Notes under the pieces: model-generated
Database searches by the model: none
Told to the model about the DNA's origin: nothing
The model's input: only the letters and a program-made list of their open reading frames with translations
Position numbers and translations under genes: made by a program
Shown here: positions 52,791 to 64,000 of the stretch, piece after piece
How positions within the stretch are numbered: the stretch's first letter is position 1
How the letters are laid out: the number at the start of each line of letters is the position of its first letter
Origin: Scyliorhinus canicula
Lineage: Eukaryota
Assembly (NCBI RefSeq): GCF_902713615.1
Contig: NC_052161.1
Span: forward strand, 118,894,636-118,958,635
Length of the DNA: 64,000 nt
Direction of reading: 5' to 3'

Positions 52791-53189
52791 CCTGTCCCCC
52801 ATTTTGAATTTTGTTTTTGCCAAGTGCCATTCTGGAACTTGTTTTGCTTTCAGGCTGAGCTGAACTTTATTCTACTATTAACAATATCCAGGCTGAGGCT
52901 GACAAGTGGCAAGTTACATTTGCGACACACAAATGCCAGGCAATGACCATCTCCTACAAGAGAGGATCTAACCACCACCCCTTGACATTCAATGACATTA
53001 CCATCACTGAATCCCCCACAATCATTAGCCTGGGGTTTACCATTGATTAGAAACTGAACTGGACTTAATACTGTGGCTACCAGGGTAGGTCAAAGGATAG
53101 GATTCCTACGGCGCATGATTTGTCTCCTGACCCCCCCCCCCCCCCCCCCCCCCCCCAAAGCCTGTCCACCATCTACAAGGCACAAGTCA

Positions 53190-53500
53190 TAGATTCATAG
53201 AATATACAGTACAGAAGAAGGCCATTCAGCCCATCATGTCTCCACCGGCCCTTGGAAAGAGCATCCTACTCTTAAACACACACCTCCCAGTAACCCCACC
53301 TAATCTTTTGGACATGGGGCATAGCCAATCCACCTGACCTGCACATCTTTGGATTGTGGGAGGAAACCGGAGCACCGGGAGGAAACCCACACAGACACGG
53401 AGAGAAAGTGGCAACTCCGTACAGACAGTCACCCGAGGCCGGAATTGAAACCGTGTCCCTGGAACTGTGAGGCAGCAGTGCTAACCACTGTGCTACCGTC
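53190..53500 (-). mobile_element. V-SINE with CR1 tail
   Basis: tRNA head and V domain. Confidence 0.82.
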
Positions 53501-54427
53501 AAATGGAATGTGAGTGCAGCTCCAACAACACTCCAGAATAAATGCTGCCTCACCAGCGACGCCCACATCCCGCAAATGAATTAGAAAAGTAACACCTATT
53601 CTAGAAATATGCTTTGTTTCTTTACCCTTTACTATTGCCATTCACTTTATCTTTTGTTCCATGGCATCCTGGTATTTAATCCTCCCATCCTCTAACCCAT
53701 CTCTGATCTACCCTTTGATTCCACCTCGCCCTCTCCCCTTTTTCAACAGCATAAAACCCATCACATTTCTACATCTCTCCAGTTCCATAGTCGAGTCACC
53801 TTGGACTCGAAACATAAACTCTGTTTCTCCACAGACGCTGCTGAGTTCCCCCAGCACTTTCTGTCTTTATTTCAGTTCACCAACGTCCACAATATTTTGC
53901 CTTTATTGTATATGTGTGTCTGTCCGATTGTTACCTCTGCCTCTTCCCCCCTCCCCACCCCCACTATTTATCATTTCATTGCCCCCTCTGTTCTTCCCCC
54001 TCTTTTTCAGCCAATTTTTCCTCACTTTTTCCTGCACACCTCTCTGGGCTCTCGTTCTTGCTCTTTAACTCTCTTCCTCCCCTCTCCCCTGAAGAGGATG
54101 TGCACCTGTCTGGAATTCCAGAGGAGTGGTCAACGCAACATTTTCTTGTGGGTATCACCAAGCCAGTCATTTGCTCAGACAGACTGGGCCACAGATCTGG
54201 CGGGGGCTCCTGGGGCTTGTCACTGGAGTCTTGGGGAAGCTGGTCACTTGGGTGGGATTCAACGGTGAATGTGACATCCGATTATTTGAGCCGGACAGTC
54301 AGTGCGGGGCTGGACATTGAAGGGGCACATGTACCCTGACTAATGTACAGAAGCTGAATGTCAATTACTGACTATATCCAGTATTAGCTGGTCCATCGTG
54401 CCTGTGAAAGATCTCCTTCCGCATTAC

Positions 54428-57400
54428 ATAGAACAGTACAGCACAGTACAGGCCCTTCGACCCAAAATGTTGTGCCGACCATTTATCCTAATCTAAGATC
54501 AACCTAACCTACACCCCTTCAATTTACTGCTGTCCATGTGCCTGTCTAAGAGTTGCTTCAATGTCCCTAATGACTCTGACTCCACCACCTCTGCTGGCAG
54601 TGCATTCCACACACCCATCCCTCTCTGTGTAAAGAACCGACCTCTGACATCTCCCCTTTACCTTCCTCTAATCACCTTAAAATTATGTCCCCTCATGACA
54701 GCCATTTCAGCCCTGGGGAAACGTCTCTGGCTATCCACTCTATCCATGCCTCTTATCACCTTGTACACCTCTATCAAGTCACCTCTCTGCCTTTTTCACT
54801 CCAGTGAGAAAAGCCCTAACTCCCTCAACCTTTCTTCATAAGACATGCCCTCCAGTCCAGGCAGCATCCTGGTAAATCTCCTCTGCACCTTCTCCAAAGT
54901 ATCCACATCCTTCCTATAATGAGGCGACCAGACTGGACACAATATTCCAAGTGTGGTCTAATCAGGGTTTTATAAAGCTGCAGCAAAACCTCGCGGCTCT
55001 TAAACTCAATCCCCCTGTTAATGAAAGCCAACACACCATACGCCTTCTTAACAACCCTATCATCCTGGGTGGCAACTTTGAGGGATCTATGCACGTGGAC
55101 CCCAATATCCCTCTGTTCCTCCACCACTTCCAAGAATCCTGCCTTTAACCCTGTATTCAGCATTCAAATTCGACCTTCCAAAATGAATCACTTCACATTT
55201 ATCAAGGTTGAACTCCATCTGCCGCTTCTCAGCCCAGCGCTGCATCCTGTCAATGGCCTGTTTGTGACGCAGTGGGTCGCCCCCTGCCTCTGAGCCAAAA
55301 GCTCCGGGTTTGAGTCCTATTCCAGGACTTGATGGCCAAGGAAGGTGCATTGATAACATGGTCAACAGGTTGAGTTTCAACCTGCAAAATCCTTCCAACA
55401 CATGCCGATAGCTGGCGATAAGAATGGAAGAGATTCCCCATCAGCCATGCTTGATGCGGATGGCACCCCTCAGGTTATAAGCCTTTGGTGACAGACTAGT
55501 GACCTGTTCCAGGAAAAACCTCGCTTTGGGAACAGATGGAAGTCTGCTTTATGCACCACTTGGTCTGGGAAGAGAAACATCTACAACTGGCCAGGAGTAT
55601 AAAAACTGATTAGAAGAGCTATTATAAAAAGGAGAATAGCTGAAGTAGATGCTAGTCCCTCAGGACAGAGAACTGTAACCTGCAACAGCCCTCAACACTA
55701 TCTACAACTCCACCAACCTTTGTGTCATCGGCAAACTTACTAACCCACACTTCCACTTCCTCATCCAAGTCATTTATAAAAACCACAGAGAGCAGAGGTC
55801 CTAGAACAGATCCCTGCGGGACACCACTGGTCACCGACCTCCAGGCGGAATACTTTCCATCCACTACCACTCGCTGTCTTCTTTCGGCCAGCTAATTCTG
55901 TATCCAGACAGCCAAATTTCCTTGTATCCCATGCTCCCTAACTTTCTGAATGAGGCTACCATGGGGAACCTTATCAAATGCCTTACTGAAATCCATATAC
56001 ACCACATCCACTGCCCGACCTTCATCAATGTGTCTCGTCACATCCTCAAGAATTCAATGAGGCTTGTGAGGCATGACCTGCCCCTCACAAAGCCATGCTG
56101 GCTATCTTTAATCAAACGATGTCTCTCTAAATAATCATAAATCCTATCTCTCAGAATCCTTTCCAATATTTTGCTCGCCAGAGACGTGAGACTGATGGGT
56201 CTGTAATTCCCAGGGATTTTCCTATTCCTTTTCATTAACAGGGGAACAACATTCGCCTCCCTCCAATCACCCGGTACTACTGCAGTGGAGAGTGAGGACG
56301 CAAAGATCATCGCCAACGGCGCAGCAATCTCCTCTCTCGCTTCCCGTAGTAACCTTGGGTATATCCCGTCATGCCCTGGGCACTTATCTATCCTAATGCT
56401 TTTCAAAATTTCCAGCACACCCTCCTTCTTAATATCAACCTGTTTGAGTCTATTAACCTGGTTCACTGTTCGCATGAGCAACAAGGTCCCTCTCTCTAGT
56501 GAATACTGAAGCAAAATATTCATTTAGGACCTCCCCTATGTCCTCAGACTCTAAACACAAGTTCCCTCCAATATTCCTGATCGGCCCTACTCTCACACTG
56601 ATCATCTTATTTCTCACATAAGTGTAGAACGTCTTGGGGTTTTCCCGAATCCTTCCCGCCAGGGCTTTTTCATGCCCCCTTCTACCTCTCCTAAGTCCAT
56701 TTTTAGGTTCCTTCCTGGCTACCTTGTAACCCTCTAGAGCCGTGCCAGATCCTTGCTTCCTCAACGTTACGTAAGCTTCCTTCCTCCTTTTGACTAGAAG
56801 CTCCACTTCTCTTGTCATCCAAGGCTCCTTCACCTTACCATTCCTTCCTCGTCTCAGTGGGACTAAACTATCCGATACTCACAGCAAGGGCTCCTTAAAC
56901 AACCCCCACATTGCTGTTGTGCATTTCCCTGAGAACATCTGTTCCCAATTTATGCTCCCCAGCTCCTGTCTAATGGCAGTATAATTTGCCCTCCCCCAAT
57001 TAAATACATTCCCATGCTGTGTGTTCCTATCCCTCTCCATGACTATGGTAAAGGACAAGAAGTCGTGGTCACTGTCACCAAAATGCTGTCCCAACGAGAC
57101 ATCTGACACCTGGCCTGGTTCATTGCCAAGCACCAAATCCAATATGGCCTCCCCCCCCCCCCCCCCCCCCCCCCCCAGTCAGCCTATCTACATATTGAGT
57201 CAGGAATCCTTTCTGGACACACCTGACAAAGTCTGCTCCATCTAAACCAGGCATTGTCAAACTCGGGGGCGCGACCTGTGGGTGGGTGTCGGGAGGGTCG
57301 CGGAACCGTCCGTCACAGCGCTCCCGATCGCGCAAATCCGCACGCAACAGCCACAGCAGCCGGCTTTTAATAATGCTTCAAAATGGCCAGGAACAGATTT

Positions 57401-58125
57401 TAAAAATTCGACCGCACTGCGCATGCGTGCCTGATCATGTCAAGATCGGGCATGCAGGCGCAGTGCGCTGTATTTTTAAAAATGGTCGCAGCCTTTTTTT
57501 TTCAAGTTCGGGGACAAAAGGACCATTGGGGCCAAATGGGCCCAAAACCATTTCCTCCATTTTTGTCAGCAACAAACAAGGTAAGAGAAAATGGTGGGTC
57601 GCGCAGTTTGGCCGGCGTGGGTCACGAAGGTCGGCCGGCGTGGGTCACAAAGGTCGGCCGGTGTGGGTCATGAAGGTTGGCTGGCATGGGTCGCGAAGGT
57701 CGGCCAGCATGGGCCGCAAAGGTCAGCTGCCGTAGGTCACGAAGGTCGGCCGGAGTGGGTCGCGAATGTCGGCCAGCATGGGCCGCAAAGGTCAGCTGCC
57801 GTGGGTTTTGAAGGTCGTCCGGCATGGGTCGTGAAGGTCGTCCGGCATGGGTCGCGAAGGTCGGCCAGGTTGGGTCCCGAAGGTTGGCTGGTTGGTAAAA
57901 ATGGGTCCCCGGAAAAAAAGGTTGAAAAACACTAAACCATTTGCACTAAAGAGGTTCCAGTCAATATTAGGGAAGTTGAAGTTACCCATGACAACAACTC
58001 TGTTACTTCCGCATCTTTCCAAGATCTGCCGCCCAATCTGTTCCTCCATCTCTCTGCTGCTATTGGGGGGTCTATAGAAAACTCCCAATAAAGTGACTGC
58101 TTTCTTGTTTCTGACTTCCACTCCA
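54428..58125 (-). mobile_element. Fragmented CR1 LINE ORF2 with nested insertions (55254-55676 and 57248-57933)
   Basis: APE GNFNFPNIDW and SDH; [12 protein letters not shown] and FADDTK; C-terminal RPHLEYCVQ; TTCTATG tail. Confidence 0.92.
57248..57933. mobile_element. hAT-Charlie-type MITE with internal ~22-bp tandem repeat, inserted in CR1
   Basis: CAGGCATTGTCAAACT...GGTTGAAAAACACT, inserted at ATCTAAAC; the CR1 sequence resumes after it; related to 59223-59958. Confidence 0.75.
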
Positions 58126-58429
58126 TTACCTAATGGAGAAGTGCCACCTAGAGGCACAGACATGAATTGCGGGAAACACATGCCGGGTTTGCTGAGGAGA
58201 CAGTGGCCAAGTGGTAATGTCACTGGACTAGCAATCCAGGTTAATGTCCTGGGGACTTAGGTTCAAATCCCACCATGACAACTGCTGAAATTTAAATTTG
58301 ATCAATAAAACTGGAAATTAAGATATTCTCAGTAATGGTGACCAAATATCATTGATTGTTGTAAAGACCCATCAGGTTCATTAATGTCTTTTAGCTGCCC
58401 AATTAAGTACCGAGATTCAGTGCTCGACC

Positions 58430-59060
58430 AAATTCATCATTCGAATGGACGGCTCTCCCTCGATTCAAGGATGATGTCCCCTAAGAGTCCCAGGTTTCCG
58501 CCTTGGGCCTCCATCTGATTGAACAAGGCAGCCTGATGGGAAAGTCGTCGTCATTTCAAAAGATCGGTCGCAAACTCCTCCCACTGTCATGAATGTCAAT
58601 GCTGCCGTGCTGCTTCAATGGGAGTTTCAGAGTGTCTTTGAACCGGTTTCTTTGCCCTCCTCCAGAACGTGGAGAGGACAGGAGCTGGTGGCAGAAGGGA
58701 TTTTTAACCATGGTGGCCAGTCCATCAAAGTTGCTGCTGCCGGGATTTTGTCAGAATACCTATGGAGCTGGCTTCAAGGAGGGCGCTCACGTTTGTTCGA
58801 CGGTCCTCCCATTGAAAGCAAAGGAGTGGGTGGCTGCTGGAATTTCTCTGGTGCTCTTACCAGCCACTGATGAACAGTCCGGGTCTCACTGCAGTACCGC
58901 ACATGGTGACGACGTCTGTGTAACCTTCCGTTGACTGATAGAGGCCTTTGTTGTCAAACACCCACTGGCACAGTTGTGTAAGTGTTGGATCTCCTCATCA
59001 ATGGTGGCCTTTTGAGAGGAATGGCTGCCCAAGCACAGGAAATGCTGAACATATACCAGA
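58430..59060 (-). mobile_element. RTE-clade LINE 3' fragment
   Basis: Minus-strand GGQRNRFKDTLK, typical of the RTE/BovB ORF C-terminus. Confidence 0.65.
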
Positions 59061-59064
59061 GCCT

Positions 59065-60240
59065 TCAGTTTACCAAACTAATAGCTGAAATGGGTGGATT
59101 GTCTAATGAGGAAAGGCTGGAGAGGTTAGGCCGGTATCCACTGGAGTTTAGAACTTGATTGAAACGTGTAATATCCTGTAGGGTCCTGACGGGGCTGTTT
59201 CCTCTTGTGGGAGAATCGAGATCAATCATTTTCAAAGTCAGGGTCACGAGCCACGGGTGGGTCACAGGCGGTTTTCAAGAGGGTCGGGGAGCCATCCGTC
59301 TCGGCGATCCCGATTGCAGGAATTAATGCGCAACGGCCTCAGCAGCCGGCTTTTAAAAATGCCGGCCACGACCGGCTTTCAGAATGCAGGCGTGCTGCGC
59401 ATGCGTGCCCACTCATCAGTGCGCATGCCCAGAGTCCAGCGAGAAACACCACCTCCTCCTGACCCAGGAGAAGATTTTTAAAAATTCAATGCAGTTTTCC
59501 TGCCTGAAGCGACATTAGAGAACAGGTTACGCGGCCCGAACACTGACGTCCCGTGCTCTGGGCGCGATTGCGATTCCTCCATTTTGTCAGCAACAAACAA
59601 GCAACGGGCCTGTAAAAAATTTTAATAGATCGTTTCGTAATAAGGAAGAGAGGGCCGGAGACACAAACAGGCCCGGATCTCACAACTAAACCTGCTGGAA
59701 AGAGTGGCTCAGGAGGGTCCACAACAGGGCAAAGCAGTGGTGGTGTGAGCTCCAGGGCCTCTGATGAACAACCCATACAGAAATGTAACATTGAATCACA
59801 AGAGCAAGTGAGATCATGAGGACCAAGTAGGCTTATCTGTCGCACTAAACGTAACCGAAAATGGTGGGTCACAAAGTTCGGCCAGTTGATAAACATTCGT
59901 CCAGAATGTTGGCCGGTTGATAAAAATGGGTCCTCAGAAAAAAGTTTGAAAAACACTGATCTAGAACAGGGGGGCACTATTTAAAAATAAGAGGTCGCTC
60001 ATTTAACACTGAGATGCGGAAAAGATTTCTCTCAGAGAATTGTGAGATTTTGGAATTCTCTTCATCAAAATAAAAGAGGCAGAGCTTAGAATATCTTTAA
60101 GACAGAAGTAGACAGATTCTTGGGAAGCAAGGGGGTGAAAGGTTATTGGGGTAGAAAGAAATGTGGAGTTGAGGTTAAAATTTGATCAGCCATGAGGGGC
60201 CGAGTGGCCTATTCCTCCTAATTCATATGTTTGTATGTCT
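59065..60240 (+). mobile_element. Old CR1 3' fragment split by a Charlie-type element
   Basis: Degenerate CR1 C-terminal coding sequence and 3' UTR on both sides of 59223-59958. Confidence 0.7.
59223..59958. mobile_element. hAT-Charlie-type MITE
   Basis: Right end AGTTTGAAAAACACTG followed by ATCTAGAA; left flank ATCGAGAT. Confidence 0.75.
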
Positions 60241-60470
60241 CTCCTTCAATGTATATGAGGTGGACTGTAAAGGTAAAGTTGCCACAGTCCCAGATGACTG
60301 CTTTCCCCTTTGAGGGGGAGAGCTGACTGGTGGTGATTTTAACCTGAGGATCACCACAGCTCAGGCGAGGGGCAAGGTTGAGAAGGTGGGGCCTTCATAA
60401 ATAATCTCAGCTGGTACAGGAATTGAACCTGCGCTGCTGGCCCTGCTCTGCATCACAAACCAACTGTCCA

Positions 60471-61917
60471 GCCAGGGGAAAGAGTGAGCTGCTGGTGTGA
60501 CGCTGGGAGGTGCCACCAGGGGGAGTGAGTGAGCTGCTGGTGTGAAGCTGGAAGGTACCGCCAGGGGGAGTGAGTGAGCTGCTGGTGTGAAGCTGGGAGG
60601 TGCCACTAGGGGGAGTGAGTGAGCTGCTGGTGTGAAGCTGGAAGGTACCGCCAGGGGGAGTGAGTGAGCTGCTGGTGTGAAGTTGGGAGGTGCCACCAGG
60701 GGGAGTGAGTGAGCTGCTGGTGTGAAGCTGGGAGGCGCCGCCAGGGGGAGTGAGTGAGCTGCTGGTGTGAAGCTGGAAGGTACCGCCAGGGGGAGTGAGT
60801 GAGCTGCTGGTGTGAAGCTGGAAGGTACCGCCAGGGGGAGTGAGTGAGCTGCTGGTGTGAAGCTGGGAGGTGTCACCAGGGGGAGTGAGTGAGCTGCTGG
60901 TGTGAAACTGGGAGGTGCCACCAGGGGGAGTGAGTGAGCTGCTGGTGTGAAGCTGGGAGGTGCCACCAGGGGGAGTGAGTGAGCTGCTGGTGTGAAGCTG
61001 GGAGGTGCCACCAGGGGGAGTGAGTGAGCTGCTGGTGTGAAGCTGGGAGGTACCACCAGGGGGAGTGAGTGAGCTGCTGGTGTGAAGCTAGGACGTGCCA
61101 CCAGGGGGAGTGAGTGAGCTGCTGGTGTGAAGCTGGAAGGCGACGCGTGGGGGAGTGAGTGAGCTGCTGGTGTGAAGTCGGGAGGCGCCGCCAGGGGGAG
61201 GCAGTGAGCTGCTGGTGTGAAGTCGGGAGGCGCCGCCAGGGGGAGGCAGTGAGCTGCTGGTGTGAAGTCGGGAGGCGCCGCCAGGGGGAGGCAGTGAGCA
61301 GGGCCGGTTTTAAGCCTATTTGACCAATTTCATCAAATTGGGCCCCGCATCTTAAGGGGGCCCCACGCCAGCGGCGACAGAGTTACCGTTTGAAGCCTTT
61401 TCTGTATTCTAAGAGGAACTATAGGGTAGTTTTTACTTTTGGGGAACGCACCGCATTACTGTCGACAAATCCTTCAGCCCTGCGCCGCCAAATCCTTCCG
61501 CCCGGGTAAGTAAGTTTCAAAATTTTAGTATATCAAGCATTTAATGTTTTTTTTCGGTTAAAGACGAGCATACTACACGAAATATAAACATACATAAATT
61601 TTTACTTTTGTAGAGTAGGGGCCCCGCCATCACTTTTCTAATTGGGCCTGCAATTCCTAGCACCGGCCCTGGCAGTGAGTGAGCTGCTGGTATGAAGCTG
61701 GAAGGCGCCGCCAGGGGGAGGCAGTGAGTGAGCTGCTGATGTGAAGCCGGGAAGCGTCGCCAGGGGGAGGCAGTGAGTGAGCTGCTGGTGTGAAGCCGGG
61801 AGGTGCCGCCAGGGGGAGGCAGTGAGTGAGCTGTTGGTGTGAAGCCGGGAAGCGCCGCCAGGGGGAGTCAGTGAGTGAGCTGCTGGTGTGAAGCGGGAGG
61901 TGCCGCCAGGGGGAGCC
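60471..61917 (+). repeat. Minisatellite of 23 units (18 x 45 bp + 5 x ~49 bp) with a CTCF-like core, split by a hAT MITE
   Basis: Unit tgtgaagctgggaggtgccaccagggggagtgagtgagctgctgg; exact 45-bp periodicity from 60496 to 61261. Confidence 0.95.
61299..61671. mobile_element. Non-autonomous hAT (Tip100/Ac-type) MITE, 373 bp
   Basis: Perfect 10-bp TIR CAGGGCCGGT...ACCGGCCCTG; perfect 8-bp TSD GCAGTGAG (61291-61298 and 61672-61679). Confidence 0.92.
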
Positions 61918-62400
61918 GCTGAGCCGGGAGCCCGGACGGGTTTTTCTGCTGCACCAGTTGGGCCGCGGCCGCCATATTAGCGCCGCCGTCGCTCTGCTGT
62001 CGCCTGGGGACTGGCTCTATTTACCCGGGGAAAGAGGGGCGGCGACATCCCGCTGGAGGAACCGCGGTGCAGCTGCTCGGCCAGGGTCCGGGGTCCCGTT
62101 CGGAAGGCGCTGGATCGGCTTTCAGGTCGAGGTAAAGGCCGGGGATCCGGCTCCGCGGCGGGAGGGATCCGGCCTCCGCTCCAGAGGCCGCCCGGAGCCG
62201 GGGAGTGACCGTGGGGCCGGGGCGGGGATGGGGAGTGACTGCCGAGAGCGGGCCGGGGCTGAGCGATCAGCGACCCTGGCCCTCGCAGCGGATTGGAAAC
62301 ATAAGAAATGTCCGCCTCTCCCATCGGGAATCATCTCCCTCCGGGTTCCCAAAGGGTGAGGCCGGACAGCCCGGCCCATCTGCGGTGATGCCCGGAGCAG
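61900..62400 (+). promoter_or_regulatory. CpG island / promoter with probable non-coding first exon of an unidentified downstream gene
   Basis: Unique, very CpG-rich sequence; YY1-type motif CCGCCATATT near 61969-61978; candidate donors GAG|gtaaag (~62131) and AGG|gtgagg (~62355). Confidence 0.65.
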
Positions 62401-62756
62401 GGATTGGGAAAGCTGGCTGGAGTTGCATTTATATAGCGCCTTTGGACCACCGGACTTTGCAGCCAGTGAATTACTGTCGCAGCGTCGACACTGTTGTCAT
62501 GTGGCAGCCAGTTTGTGCACAGCAAGCTCCCACTACAGCAATGTGATCTGTTTTTGTGGTGTTAGATGAGGGATAAATATTGGCCAGGGCTGGGGAGAGA
62601 ATCCCTGTTCTGGTTGGAAATAGTGCCCTGGGATCATTGGTACCACCTTAAGAGTCTTCGTACAACAGCTCGGTGGAATGGCAGCACCTCTGACAGTGCC
62701 GCATTCCCCATTCTGCACCGAGTGTCAGCCTAGACTTTTGTGGTTGAGCCTCACTA

Positions 62757-63085
62757 GGGTGGCACGGTGGTACAGTGGTTAGCATTAATGCCTCCCGGGG
62801 ACCTGGGTTCATTCCGACCTCGGGTGACTGTGTGGAGTTTGCACTTTCTCCCCGTGTCGGCCTGGGTTTTTTCTGGGTGCTCTGGTTTCCTCCACAGTCC
62901 AAAGATGTGCAGGTTAGGTGGATTGGCCATGCTAAATTGCTACCTAGTGTCAAAGGAAGGGGTAGGTGAGGTTAAGGAGTTATTGGGATAGGGCAGCAAA
63001 GTGGGCTTGGGTGGAGTGCTCTTTCAGAGGGTCGGTGCAGATCCGATGAGCCGAACAGCATCCTGCACTATAGGGATTCTGTGAA
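62757..63085 (+). mobile_element. V-SINE with CR1 tail
   Basis: tRNA head, V domain, tail gcactatagggattctgtg. Confidence 0.82.
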
Positions 63086-63149
63086 ATGGGACTTGAACCC
63101 ACAGCCTTTTGACTCAAGGGGAATGTACTACTAACTGATCCGCTGATGA

Positions 63150-63720
63150 TAGTTTACCTGGACCTTCTGAAAGTCTTTGGTAAAGTGCCACATTAAAGAT
63201 TGCTACAGCAGCTTGAGACACCAGAATGCAAGGTTATCCTGGATGTAGGTATCGGCTGAGAGGGAAAGCATTCGTCAAAGGAATGGTATTGGATACTGAA
63301 GGAATGAGCATCTTGGGGTTTGGTGTTGGTCTTCTGCTGTTTCTAGTGGCTATATCGTGGATGTGGAAGCAGAGTATTTTGGGCCAATTTATAAATGGTA
63401 AATCTGAATGTTGGTGGGAAGGGCTGATGCGCTCTGCAGTAAATATTAGGGGAGAGAGCTGAGGCTTTTAAGGGAAAACTTGTTAAAGGTTGGTGCAATC
63501 GGAATTGTGATTAGAACAAGCAGCATTAAAAGAGGGAAAGTGCACAATTTCAAGAGGACTCTAGTCCATCTCAAACATTGTACTGCTCTGGAAACAGAAA
63601 TTTGGAATAGGGTAATTACGTTCATAAAATAGTACCTGAGAGATGAGAAAATACAAGGTGCTTTGTTTATTCAAAAGAAGGTGTAGGGGCTGATCTTGGG
63701 ATGTTTAAGATCGACAAGGA
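63150..63720 (+). mobile_element. Very old CR1 RT fragment
   Basis: Degenerate VYLDxxKxFxKVPH motif near 63150-63200. Confidence 0.5.
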
Positions 63721-64000
63721 CATTTGTCAATATCGGTGCATGAAGTAACTTCACGTTCATTGGCGATATCATGATTACAGTATTGGCTTCAGCTGAATGA
63801 TTACCAGATTAAGCAACCTGGCCTGCTGTCCCTAGCATTATCTTGTAAATAATCAGTTGAGAAACTTCCTGCTCGTGTTGATCATCTCCAGTTATGCAGT
63901 TTTTTGAAGTTTGGGTGCTCATTCCACTCTTACTTACAGAGGCAATTGTGCTGTGGTAGTGTAAAGAAAATGGCTTCCCCCCCCCCCCCCCCCCCCCCCC

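Noticed and set aside
60361-61101. 246-aa minus-strand ORF of 15-aa repeats (PPSFTPAAHSLPLVA)
   Set aside because: By-product of a stop-free 45-bp minisatellite; no ATG start, and it runs into a SINE.
57610-61917. Tandem arrays as CRISPR
   Set aside because: No unique spacers, no cas genes, and a vertebrate context.
61958-62359. ORF containing GDWLY as CCNL2 exon 1
   Set aside because: Only a five-residue resemblance; no ATG and no following cyclin L sequence.
2521-63085. tRNA genes
   Set aside because: All A/B-box sequences are SINE heads that continue into SINE bodies; no standalone cloverleaf was seen.

Overview
Eukaryotic, repeat-rich vertebrate DNA, most probably from a shark (inferred from HE1-like V-SINEs, Deu-SINEs, CR1 with TTCTATG tails and long poly-G/C tracts). 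Two intact spliced genes lie on the + strand: a 3-coding-exon ankyrin-repeat gene most similar to ANKRD65 (13494-21707, ~404 aa) and a complete 4-exon MRPL20 (43271-49944, 149 aa). A CpG-island promoter and probable non-coding first exon of a third gene begins near 61.9 kb. The ANKRD65-MRPL20 order matches human 1p36.33 (from memory). The rest is mobile DNA: a full-length Gypsy element with 227-bp LTRs and a 5-bp TSD, a decayed Mag-like Gypsy, solo LTRs, CR1, RTE, Penelope and L1/Tx1 fragments, many SINEs, hAT and PIF/Harbinger-type MITEs, and minisatellites. The two most notable observations are (i) a 23-unit, 45/49-bp tandem array in which most units carry a same-orientation CTCF-like core, abutting the CpG-island promoter, and (ii) a Gypsy element with no tRNA primer-binding site whose PBS position is perfectly complementary (12 nt) to its own LTR, suggesting self-priming. 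All alignments and counts were done by eye; no database searches were run.
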